This document shows, piece after piece, positions 48,200 through 60,994 of a stretch of DNA of 64,000 nt. The position numbers were made by a program, and so were the translations under genes. Position 1 is the stretch's first letter. Every line of letters starts with the position of its first letter. The stretch lies in assembly GCA_051942205.1 (NCBI GenBank), contig JAVECO010000091.1:1-64000 (forward strand), written 5' to 3'. Source of the DNA: Coniocarpon cinnabarinum. Its lineage: Eukaryota. The notes beneath the pieces were generated by a model that saw only the letters and a list, made by a program, of their open reading frames with translations, was not told the origin of the DNA and searched no databases.

Positions 48200-49060
48200 T
48201 GCATGGACGTGCGTGTTGAGGGGGATCACATAGGCGAAGGCGACTGCAATCGCAGGCGGACTTGATAGGAATCTCACACCCGTGGAGCGGATCAAGACGA
48301 TTTAGCATCGCCAGCATGTGGATAATCGAACAAGTCGGTTGTATCGACGCACGAATAGCAAAGTGCCCGTCAATAGGGTCGTCGGGTCGATGGTCGGAGC
48401 AGAGGTATTGTACGTTGGATATGACCAAAACGCTAGCCATCGGATGTGTACTGATAAGAGTTTGCGCACGCTGAAAATGCAAGGCCTGCAGCAATCTTCT
48501 TTGGAACCTTTGCAGAAGCTCTTGATACAATACCTGAAACAGTTCCCTTATGATTGGTCATTGAAAGCAGCCCAGCATTCATCTTGATAGGGCTCCAGGG
48601 AATGGCTTTATTCTCGAACCTATAAGGAATTCATTTCGTCTTATTAGTAAAGCATTAGAAATAAGCTTCGCATCATTTGGAACTGGTGGACAAGCATTAG
48701 CAGTAGTGAGCCTGATAAACCTGCACATGTTGATTTTTGACAGTCCTGATCAACAGCGTAGTCTCCTACTAGTCTTTTGCCTTAGCATATGCATCAACAG
48801 AGGAGTAGTGGGCGCCTGGAGTATATTGAAAGGCTCCATCTAAATACGTGTCACCTTTCACGTCAAAAGGCCGAAAGACTGCTATGCCTAGCCTCCGACA
48901 AAGAGCGTCACGTTCCTGCTTTCGCTACGCACCTTCACCTACGTTCTGAGTAGGTGTATTGCATCTTTCATCACGTCACTTTCTATCACGAGGCGTGTCT
49001 CCCAATCCACGCCAAGCAATGCAAGCGGCAACACAACCTTGATAGTATGCAGCGGCCACC

Positions 49061-49950
49061 ATGTCAAGTCACGTCTTTGACGAATTTGATTTCGTTGGTC
49101 GTACTATCGCGTTTCACAGAGCAGGCAGGTGGCGTCTGTTGGAATGTATTAGTGCATCATGCCATTTTTTTGACAAAGACGTGCCGTTTGCTGAATCAGT
49201 AGCCGTCTTTAATTGCGAGGCTGTTAAAAACAATGCGTACACTACCGAGGGCGAAGAAGCAATCATGAAAATATGGTTACAACACGATCCATCTTCAGTA
49301 AATGACCATGAGCCCACTTACACTCCGCGGTCAAAAGGTCAGGACGAAGTCGAATGGCTCCAGTTACTACAGTCGCGTGGTTGCAAGGTCGTTCCTCAAT
49401 GGTTTGAAGCCAGGTTTCTCATGCAGACTCTGGGAATGCCTTTTCCTGGAGGCTCTCAGATCTGTCTGGTAGAGCAAAATTTGCCGGGTCAAAATCTCGC
49501 AGACTTCCGGACCCGGTACACTTATGAAGAGCGCGAGGTGATTCGGACCGCATTTCGCCTGGCGCTGAGGTAGGCTTCAAGAAGAGACTTGACCGCCATG
49601 ACCTCACATGCTGATCAGCTTCAGCGATATGTTGCAGACGCGGATATATCAGACTGATATTGGGCTACGAAACGTGATCTGGCACCAGGCCGAAAAGCAA
49701 ATGTGAGTATTTCATATCACTTGCTGCGTTTTTAGTGTAGAGACCAATGTTTGACTGATTAGAGCGTTAGCTACTTCGTAGACTTCGAAGCTTGCGGAGA
49801 ATGTATGGAAATGATCATTGTGCCATGTACTGAGGCATATTAATGCTGACAAGCACGCATTCGATGAGCCAAGGCAATGCTCAGCATTATTCGAGGAAGC
49901 ATATGACTTACTTGAGTCGTGTGATCCAAGGAGGAGTCCTCGACCGTTCT
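49061..49950 (+). CDS. Protein-kinase-like protein K3 (possibly decaying; 3' end approximate)
   Basis: Third paralog: 'AIMKIWLQHDP', 'DEVEWL', 'IYQTDIGLRNVIWH', 'YFVDFEACGE'. The third-intron acceptor reads CAT (49858-49860) instead of YAG. Confidence 0.7.
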
Positions 49951-50892
49951 GGCGCAGGTCATTCGCCCAATTAAACCCCCATGCTGACTCTGTAACTGAC
50001 GTCAATTAGCGTTTCACCCTGCAGTGTCTCTGACAGCGGGGAGCACATGAGTGTTGTATCATTGAGTCGGATTGCAATGAACGATGGATTGGTCCAAAAA
50101 GATAAAGGTTTGATCACTGAAGAACCCCGGGAATCTTTAGCGCCGCCCAATTGGAGCGCTCAGTGGTAATCGATTAAACATAGCCCAGGTGAAGATTTGG
50201 TGTTTTGCAGAATGCAAGCAGGGACGGTGCAGTCGCATCGGCCAGCTTGGTATTCACGGTACGCTAGATTGACCACTAAGTGAGATAAGGAGTGAGGTCG
50301 ACCCTGATGCTGCTCGACGTTGATTACCGAGTTAACAGAGCTTGTCCTGCTTCACTTCACGTCTTGTGGCTTTGCAGATGATGATGAAAGGCCCTACTAT
50401 TGTCACACACACACACAACGTACTGCGGCCAAAGCTCTCGGACTTCCATGTGGTCAGCTTGAGTCGGGCGCTCGGCGATTCTGAATTCTCTTGTACGATG
50501 ATTGCTCGACGTATTGTCTATAGTAGTTGACCAAGGATTCCACCGCTCTCAAGGTGAGAGTACCCATCAAGGGCCTCATCTTGTACGCCGCACGGATCAC
50601 CTGAAAGGTAGGACCTTCTCCGAAGTTAAGGCGGTTGCACACAGTGATCTCTTTCGGGATGAAGTCTTCCATTGGTATCATTCTAGACAAGCACCGCGCA
50701 GCTTTCACTTTGCAGTCGGTCGTAGTCGGCAGTGTAGGGTGGTAGGGTTTTCACGGCTGTAATAAAACTGTATGGGGCACAGTTTCGACTCCACAAAGCC
50801 TCGATGGGCACGACAAGGAGTCGAGAGGGTGAAATGGCTGCTGAGGTTGCTCAATGGTGGAAAGAGGGGGTACAAGGACTGTTGTTGGCCAA

Positions 50893-51930
50893 TTACCCAA
50901 TTCTCCCCGTCAATCCTCCCAACCACCTCTTTCCACTATTCTCCGTGTGCCGTGTTCGATCAGCCTTTGACGCCATCTCTGCTTGGCTGGCATTCTTGAT
51001 GCTTCGATCTTGACCAGGTCTCCGTGGTCCTGTTCCGATTCCCTTTGTTCTCCACGCTTTTGGCGCATGCACGCCTTTCTCAACTAGGCCCTGCCAAATC
51101 TTCTCGCCCCTCTTTTCCCAACGCTCCCTCCTTTTCTCGTCCTCTTCCGCGTTGGGTCGCCATTTACTGCGTAGAATGCGCCGAATCGCTTCTGGCGACA
51201 CTTCGAATTGTTTGGATAGAAGGGCGGTCGAGAAAGAGGTTGGGTCGTGTGCATGTAGTGCGCGAATGCCGTCTTGCGCATCGGGCGACAGCTTCTTCGG
51301 TGGAGCCCAGCCAGTTGGAAATTTCTCATTGAGGACGGCTTTCTGGGTCTGCCACGGTTCACGATGACGCGAGGGACGAGGTGAAGCAGGTTGAGGAGAG
51401 GATTTGAGCGACGTTGAAGGCCTTTTTCTGATGCCTCTGAAATGGCCTTCACCGCTGCTGGTCGTCTTTTCAACATCAGATTTTGAGCGGGACGTGGAAA
51501 AGGGAGCCTCGCCCTCGCCCTCGCCCTTGGCAGCTCTCAAAGCTGCACCTAGACCATCTTGTGACGAAGGCACATCGCCAACCCTCAGGTCTTCTCTGAT
51601 TTGTATTGATGGCTCTGCGTCGTCTGGAGATCCGTGCTGGTGTGCTGTGAAGCTCGATGGCGCTGATCCGTGACGTGTGGCTGATCCTAGAATTGCGCTT
51701 CCAGGCAGTGACGCTGCATCGAAGGGCACGAGACCGTCTTGCTCTATACCCTCAGTTATGGCGACCTGTTGCCTTCGAGATGCGCTGGAACTTGCCAATC
51801 GCTTCGAGTCGCTGGATGAGATATGTCGTTGGCGAGCACTGAGCTGAAAGGATTTCGCGATGACAGCTCGGGCATTCTCAGGACTTGAGAATACAAAGGC
51901 ATTGTTCAGCTGCCGTGTATAGGCTCTCAT
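50893..51930 (-). CDS. RRG9: Required for respiratory growth protein 9 (neugrin family)
   Basis: 'EPWQTQKAVLNEKFPTGWAPPKKLSPDAQDGIRALH...LSKQFEVSPEAIRRILRSKWRP'. Confidence 0.9.
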   Translation of the reverse strand: MRAYTRQLNNAFVFSSPENARAVIAKSFQLSARQRHISSSDSKRLASSSASRRQQVAITEGIEQDGLVPFDAASLPGSAILGSATRHGSAPSSFTAHQHGSPDDAEPSIQIREDLRVGDVPSSQDGLGAALRAAKGEGEGEAPFSTSRSKSDVEKTTSSGEGHFRGIRKRPSTSLKSSPQPASPRPSRHREPWQTQKAVLNEKFPTGWAPPKKLSPDAQDGIRALHAHDPTSFSTALLSKQFEVSPEAIRRILRSKWRPNAEEDEKRRERWEKRGEKIWQGLVEKGVHAPKAWRTKGIGTGPRRPGQDRSIKNASQAEMASKADRTRHTENSGKRWLGGLTGRIG

Positions 51931-53124
51931 GGCTAGTCGATGTTTGCTGTAGCCAGCATGAAAATGCTCGAGTATCAATGTAGGTGAACGAGGGCAAAGA
52001 CGTTTACATTAGGCTAGGCCCAACATGGAATGGTGCACCCCTCGGTAACGCTCTGTGTCAGACCGAAAGGTCAAAATTCTGGTGGCTGCAAGCTGGAAAT
52101 GAGGGAACTAAGCTGGCAATCACCTGCTATTGGCGACTAAGCGTATTGGACGTGGAGACGATGCATGGGATGTAACTGTGATGGTAGTCGTCAACCCAGC
52201 CGTCACCGCGCCAGGCAACCCGCTAATATCATGTTATACTCCTGGTAAGGAGCTGAGCTCTAAGCTTACCTTACGCCTGCGTTGTAAAGAACACGCTGCT
52301 GCCTGCCTGCGAAGCCAATGATTGGCAGTATGACTCCAAACTCATAGGTCGCAAAGATGCCTTCCGGAATGTCGGTGAGGTATAACAACTGCCAATGTGA
52401 TGGTGCGAGGATTTAAAAGTTCATCATTTCGTACCAAGCTTTCATTTCTTTTTATCCTTGTTCCGTGCGAAGTCGCGGGTTCGACTTCGTCAAGATGCCC
52501 CAAGAAATACGCTCTTCCTCCAGGGAGTTTAATGCACGAGTTCGTCAGGGGTTCTGTGGTGGTGACAAAGCTCCAGCTGTTTTGCACGACAATCGTTACT
52601 TCACATCAGTCCCATTTTGGCTGCAGGCACGCCAGACGACCGTCCTTGGTCCTCGAACGCCCCGTCTTAACTTACCACCGCCCGGGCAGACACTACCTCT
52701 AGATACTCATCCGCTTGTACCTTCTCAAGCTGGGACGTTGAAGAGGCGTGCCACAACCATGCCTAGCATGAACGTCGTCCGACAGCATGGCAAGTGTCAG
52801 CAGGAATCAGCTTCACTGAATGAGAATGTCTTAACGCTAAGATCACTTCCTAGGTATTCACACTCGTAGAGACGTTGAAAAAGCTTGTTGAAGCAACATA
52901 GCAGAGGCACCGGTGTGCTTGAAGGCTATGTGATGCAAAGAGGGTTCATGCTTTCGCGACGACTAGGAAGAGGCATGATGGTAAAAGGGGTATGCAAGTA
53001 ATATCACAGTTGTGGCCACACTGTGGGAAGCGTTCAGCCTCGGTGACGTCCGGTGATCCACGAGAGACTCACTCACCTCAAATACTTTAGGTACACATCA
53101 GCACGGTGTGTTCATCCATAGATC

Positions 53125-53688
53125 TTAACTCCAGCAAAACAGAGCAACTTTACTCAGCTTGACTTTGGCAGACTCGAGCACGAAGAAGATTTGTAACAAG
53201 TGATCATGAATGGCTTTGACGCCTGGGAACCACGTGAAGACTTGCAGGCCTCTGATTCTCCTAAAAGACCAGTAATAACTTGAAGAGAAGGTAAAGAGTC
53301 TTAATGCACACTGCTTTTGAACTAGCCCTTGCCACCACCGGTGCCGCTGCCCCAATTCCAAGGCAGCCACGCCGCCAAATCTTGCTTTGAATTCTGCGTC
53401 TTGCTCATGCGCTCTATTGAACGCTGCTTCTCCTCTGCACTTGGCTTCGTAGTATTGCGAGCTTGTCGACTGCTCGCAATCAGCAGTGTGTCTTACCGTC
53501 AACGCAATCAGGTGGCGAACGTACGTTTCATCTGTCGTCTTGGACTGTTCCGGGTTCTGCTCCTCGACCATGGCCTGAGCGGTAGGTTTGTGGTCCGTGG
53601 CTGCCTTCTCAAGCGGCCCTTGGAATGTGTTGATGGCTGTCGAGGGTTGGCAATCGATTCCGTGGTCGAATGATATGCTCGCAAGCAT
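53125..53688 (-). CDS. Hypothetical protein (part of a poorly defined gene)
   Basis: 187-codon ORF with plausible composition; no motif recognised and the start is uncertain. Confidence 0.3.
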   Translation of the reverse strand: MLASISFDHGIDCQPSTAINTFQGPLEKAATDHKPTAQAMVEEQNPEQSKTTDETYVRHLIALTVRHTADCEQSTSSQYYEAKCRGEAAFNRAHEQDAEFKARFGGVAALELGQRHRWWQGLVQKQCALRLFTFSSSYYWSFRRIRGLQVFTWFPGVKAIHDHLLQIFFVLESAKVKLSKVALFCWS

Positions 53689-54682
53689 CTCGAGTACAGT
53701 GCTTCAAGCAGACTTACCGACGAAGGCACTGAGACCCGCAACTACAGCCGCTATGCCAAGCGTTCTGCCTCGACCACCACCCCTTGGCGAATTCATGCTG
53801 AAGCGAGATCAACGCGTGTAGGATACACTCTACTATGGCTATTTTCGGTGACAAGAAGATCGACCAACGATACCATACACTGGCTGGGCCAAGGCACATG
53901 ACGTAATGATCATCTTCGATGTGCCGTGCCGGGAGTGCAGTTCGACCGAGATCCAGCAATGACACCGGAAGCACAAGATCCTGACCCGTTTCCTGCGCAG
54001 CTCATGGCAGCGCCGATCAATCTTGAACCCCATTTGCCCCTTTCAACGACGCTCACTGCATCAGGAACATGACTGCTGAAGACGCACCGTTGGAGCAGTC
54101 ATGAATCTCCATATCTCGGAATGAAAGACTTGGATGTCATGCTTGAAGGCACCACAATTGCTCTATGCCATACACAGCAGCGGCGCCCGACTATTTCGAC
54201 CGTCGCTTACTTCCGTTCAAAGCATACCGTCTAGGCGAGCGTGGGAGCGGCCTGATGGAATGAGATTATCTTTCATCTGTTGTTCATCGCTCCGTCTTAG
54301 CAATTGATGTTCCACGGGTAGAAACCTGACAGCCTGGTCTTCGTCCACGCTGCTCAAGCTGCTCTGTGCCCTTTGCGCTACTGTCGGACCCCTGTTTGTC
54401 CGCACATGGCTGTCGTGGTGGACAATCGTGCCGTGGATCTGGTATTTGTCGGCCCCATCGTCTGTCGTTCTTTTTTTTCATGATTGGTTAGTGACCGATG
54501 CATCCACTCCAAGGACCAACCTTCTTGAAGTAGATCTTTTTGCAAGTCTTCTTAAGCCCCCCTGATCGCATCATGTAGCTCAATGGACCAAGTGCTGTTG
54601 GTGCGTGTGGCTGCGAAGAGCAATCTGTGAGGATAGTGAGTCGGGCCTCAATGTCCATGATACCCTATAGATACCAATAAGA

Positions 54683-56622
54683 ATGTAGGCGGCTCGTCAT
54701 CGTCGACCCTACTTGCAGAATGTGTCAGCTCATCAGTGACTAGGGTCGGTGTGCCAGGAAAATCAAAAGGCTGTGTGACGTGCAGGAGAAGAAAAATAAG
54801 ATGCGACGAGGGCAGGCCTGCCTGCCACAACTGCCTCAAAACGAACAGAATCTGCGAAGGTTATCACAGAGACAAGAAATTCATCGCCCATGATGGTCCA
54901 CTTGGCCCCAGCCATGGACGCGCCTCATCAGCAAACAAGTCTCTGAAGAAGCATACAGGACGTCCCGTATCGCCGGTATGGATGAACGCATCACCGCATA
55001 TCATCATGCAGCCTTCACGACCCGCAGAAGCTCAGAACGTGGAGTACTTTGACCTTCTCATGCATTCACTCGGTCCAGCAGATCCCGAGAATACGCTCGA
55101 GTCGAGGCAGTGGTTGATAGAGACTCTTCAGATCGCTGTCGACGCTGGAGTTGTGCAGTCGGCTCTGCGTGCGCTGTGTATAATCAGAGTCGCCGCGGCG
55201 AGTGGAGAACAGTCCCTCTTTCGACTGGGGAGGTCAATTTACGGGCAAGCGCTCCTCGCCTTACAGAAAGACCTCCTCTCCAAAGACAAAGCTTTCACGC
55301 TCCAGACTGTGTCTGCGTGTCGGATCATGGGGCTATATGAGGTATAGTTCTCCCTTAGCATCATTGTGTGTTTCGGTGATCTGATTCGAATAGCTGCTTC
55401 ACTCAGCTGGCAACTCGATTGACGGATGGAGAGCTCATTGCCGTGGGATTGCTCTACTCTTGGAGGGCAGCGGACCCTCAACGTTTAGACGACATCTTGA
55501 CGAAGGCCATTTGCTACGCACTCGTCGAGGATTGGTGAGTGCAGCTAAGGCTGCTGACCAAGACGCCTTGACCGCAGAACGCTGAAATGACTTGATACAC
55601 AGTCCACGTATTGTGCTGTCGGACGTCGGGATATCAGTCTTTCCCACGATGAGTGGAAACCTGCATCCCATTGCGCACGGTATTTGGTCGAGCTTCTGTC
55701 CTTCTATGGCATACGACTTGGTGCACTGTTTGCAAGAATGGACCGTGCCGTAGACTCGTCCAAATCGCCTGCGATCCCTTCCACTTCAGCCGCTCAAAAC
55801 GTTCTTCGTGAAATGCTTCGACTCGAGGAGCAGCTGTGAGTTTACGACGGTTTGAAGCCTCCGATCAGCAATACACTTACTGATGTTCGCAGCATCGGCT
55901 GGTACCATGACTATGAAGCTTCTTTTGAGTAGGCTTTGACGTCGTCGCTCGAATCCAGGCTTCCCTAACGAGCGTGAATAGTACCGACCTGCCTTTATAT
56001 TGGGCCGATCCAGCTACAGCCGAAGATGACATCTCCGACGTCTGTGGCTTCAGCTTCCGATCAAACGACGTCGGCCAACAACTGATCACATACTGGACGT
56101 TCCGCCTCATGCTGAGCGTGAACCTTAACGACGTGTGCCTTAGAATCATGAATATCTGTGCCTCTCAACAATCAGATCTCCAAGGTATCTTGATAGAAAA
56201 CGCGTTCCCATCGTGGCTTATGGAGAGAGTGGTGGCATCACATACAGACAAGCAACGAATCACTTTCGCCAACGATGTCATCAAAGCAGCTGCATACACG
56301 ACACAGGGCCGTCTCGGCGTCGAAACAATGAGCTCGAGTGCCTTTCCCCTCGGTGAGTCCTTCCACCCCCCTACCACTGCTGCTCATGGCTTGCTCAATC
56401 TATTGATTTCTAGCAATGGCAATGGCGGAGCTCAGCAAATACAATCGAAAGCAGACCGAGTTTCGTCGCGGAGTCCGGTATTTCGCCCGCGTTCAGTCGC
56501 ATATGCAAGGAGCAAAACAGTGGATGGCCGGTCGAGAATACCTTGCTGGCGAGGATGGCGACACTACATCTGCGAGTAGGTTTTTTGACCAGAGCCCCCA
56601 CGATGCGTCTTTTTTCAGGTAA
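54683..56622 (+). CDS. Zn(II)2Cys6 transcription factor, multi-exon
   Basis: MVGVPGKSKGCVTCRRRKIRCDEGRPACHNCLKTNRICEGY binuclear cluster; downstream exons join through canonical introns; the start ATG appears split by an intron. Confidence 0.9.
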
Positions 56623-57320
56623 ATTTTCATGCTAACCCGGTTAGCCGACCAATCGAGCCTCCAGGTCATGATAAATCCAATTGAAGCCAGTGAGTAGCAT
56701 CGTTCCTTTAATGGCATGTCTAGCTATGAGATAAGCGCGAATGCCGTGGTTTCTTCGCCGTTTCCAACCGTGTGGCAGTAGTGATGATTGCTATTCACAT
56801 ACATTGCTGACAAGGATATCATAGCCAAAGGTCAAGAATACTACGCTCCTTGGCAAGTGCAGTATCGTTCGCAGAGATCGATGGTGGCCATGATTGAGGC
56901 AGACAAAGCAGGTACTAGGCAAGCACAGTGAGTTCACACAGCTTCTTGCCTTCTCATCGAGAATAGACGATCGCACCGAGTTGTTCCATTCAAAGATTTT
57001 GCGAGATGATTGTGAAACTACGGTGTTCTAGATGGAGGTTTGGCTAACAATTAGAAGGCTTGCTTCTTTACCCGAAACATTCGAGGCATCTGATCTGTCT
57101 CCACCAGAACTTTGGGGCGTGTCACCCAAATTTTGACGAAACTGGGGTTACTAGCACATTGAAAATCTTTATAGCAGTTAGACGAACATTAGAAATGTGA
57201 CGCAAGCAATTGCATTATGAACTATTACAGCTACGGGTCCACCTCTTCCCGTCCATCTCTTGCTTGTGATTAAAACCCCCTCTTCGCCGCCTGCATAATG
57301 ATCCATTGGCACCAAATCTC

Positions 57321-57857
57321 TCAATTTGATGCATCCAGTTCCGCAAGAAGACCGGAACCCAACAACTGCGCCGCCTCATCCTCGAAAATCGTCACTGACC
57401 ACCTAAGTTCCCCCTCTTTCGGGGCCCGGGCACGCATTTCTTGCGCCAATTCATGAAATTCTCTTGGCCAAACCCACGACTGGCCCTCATCCTCCTCTTT
57501 TGGCGTCCACGCCGTCCCCAGACAGCACACCGCACCCCACCCATTGCCCTTCTCCATCTTCTTTCCCCCAAAACAACGCATATCCACGCCGTCTTGCTCC
57601 GTAATTGACTTCTCGACCGCACGCTTGGGCGTGGCGGCGAGCTTGCGTCGCGCAGCGGCTTGCTGCGCTTCCAGCACACGGACCCGATGTTGCAGCCATT
57701 CGTGGTGCGAAGCCGGCACAAACGGCGAGAGCGGCGCTACCGCCTCGAGCTGGCGGCGAAAACGGCGGAAGCCCATCTCTGACGCCCGGTTCTGGCGCGA
57801 GATGTCTTCATTATGGCGGGTGGGCCCGGGGCGCCAGGTCCGGGTGAAGGAGTACAT
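57321..57857 (-). CDS. Hypothetical protein
   Basis: 178-aa ORF ('SPFVPASHHEWLQHR'); the frame appears to continue upstream past one TAA near 57891. Confidence 0.5.
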   Translation of the reverse strand: MYSFTRTWRPGPTRHNEDISRQNRASEMGFRRFRRQLEAVAPLSPFVPASHHEWLQHRVRVLEAQQAAARRKLAATPKRAVEKSITEQDGVDMRCFGGKKMEKGNGWGAVCCLGTAWTPKEEDEGQSWVWPREFHELAQEMRARAPKEGELRWSVTIFEDEAAQLLGSGLLAELDASN

Positions 57858-58547
57858 GCTGACTCCGGGCAGCGCGTTGACGTCGTAGATTTAGGCGGGA
57901 AAATAGCGGATCCTGAGGTTCGTGCGGGTGTTGGGAGGAGGTCGGGAGGAGTTGTTGGTGGTGACGGTGCTGGAGTGGGCTTTTTTGTGGGAATTGCCCA
58001 CTGTGCGGTGATTGAGTCGTCTTAATGTGATCCTTCTCTTTTAATGGCTCGGAAGCAGGGAGGCCAACCAATTGAACAGTGCGTGTAGAGAGCAGAGACT
58101 GATGAAGGTGTGTCTGAGTAGGAGTAGAGTGGTGGCAAAGTGCAAAAAGGGAATCAACAAAGCTGTTGCATCCTTGACAACAGAAGACACCTTTGCCTGA
58201 AATGAGGGGTTCGCGGTGATATTGGCTCTGCAAGGTGAAAAACCTCACATAATTTCTTTGAGAGAGTGACCACCTGCAACTGACACTCCAAGCCCCGGCT
58301 TATCCCATGTTTGATGCAACAAGCACAATTGTGTGCACGCCACTTTCACTCTTTAATCCAAATATTCCAAAATCCTGGGTTCAATGATGAAGAGCAGTAT
58401 CAGGCGGGGATTTCAGACGAAATTTCGTCATCTTCCGGGGAATCCCAAGGATAGACTTGACTTTTGGTATAATTTTCGGACGTCTCCTAGCTATGGATTT
58501 CTGAATATTCTTGACTTTGAACAAGCCGTTCGCGCGAGCCCGATCAC

Positions 58548-60298
<1,751 letters not shown>

Positions 60299-60994
60299 TC
60301 AGAAGAAGGCTCAGGGGAGTGTTCAATCGTTTGGTGTGTTGAGTAACTATTCGAGACGCATGAAGCTTGCAGCGACAAGCGGAGTTCGATTAGGAAATAC
60401 ATGATAACATTCCACAGCAAGGGCTACCCAGCATGCAGCACGTGCAATTTTATCCTCACCCGCTCCATCTTCGTTCTCCACCAACGTCGTCTTCGCTGCG
60501 CTGCTGCAATCTAAAAGCTATACGCGTTCTGATCTGATCTGATCTGATGTGATCTGAGCGCCTGTAATATGACAAACATACAACACGACTTGCGCAGCAC
60601 GCACGGCCACTCCAATACAGAGACCAGCGGTGAATACTTATACATATAATATACATTGCTGTAGTAACAGCTCTGAGATGAGCACCGATCTCTGAGAGCT
60701 TCTAGATCATGCTATCGAAGGATCCAACACTTGTCCTTTAAGCTTCAAGAGAAAGCTTCAAGAGACCGAAGCCTCTTCTGACAGGCTGGCGCATGCCTAC
60801 GCATAGTTCGCTGATCTCCAGCTCTGGCCATGTTTGCCTAGTCGCGGTGCCTGGCAGACTGCAAGGTATGACCTTTGCTGATCATAAGTAAGTGGTGGAT
60901 GGGGTAATCTCAACATGAAAAGCATCACTCTGTACAGACGTCAAAACGCATGCTGACTAGCTCGAGCCGTAAGCACGAGCCTGGAAACCGCCAA

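Noticed and set aside
48200..48730. Cys-containing coding-like fragment on the minus strand between K2 and K3
   Set aside because: Several stops, no similarity to the A genes by eye, and no consistent gene model.
50140..50200. tRNA-like 'GCTCAGTGGTA' motif
   Set aside because: No T-loop GTTCRA or acceptor stem was found downstream.
52465..52869. 'FDFVKMPQEIR' F-box-like fragment
   Set aside because: The motif is short and I could not support a start or exon structure.
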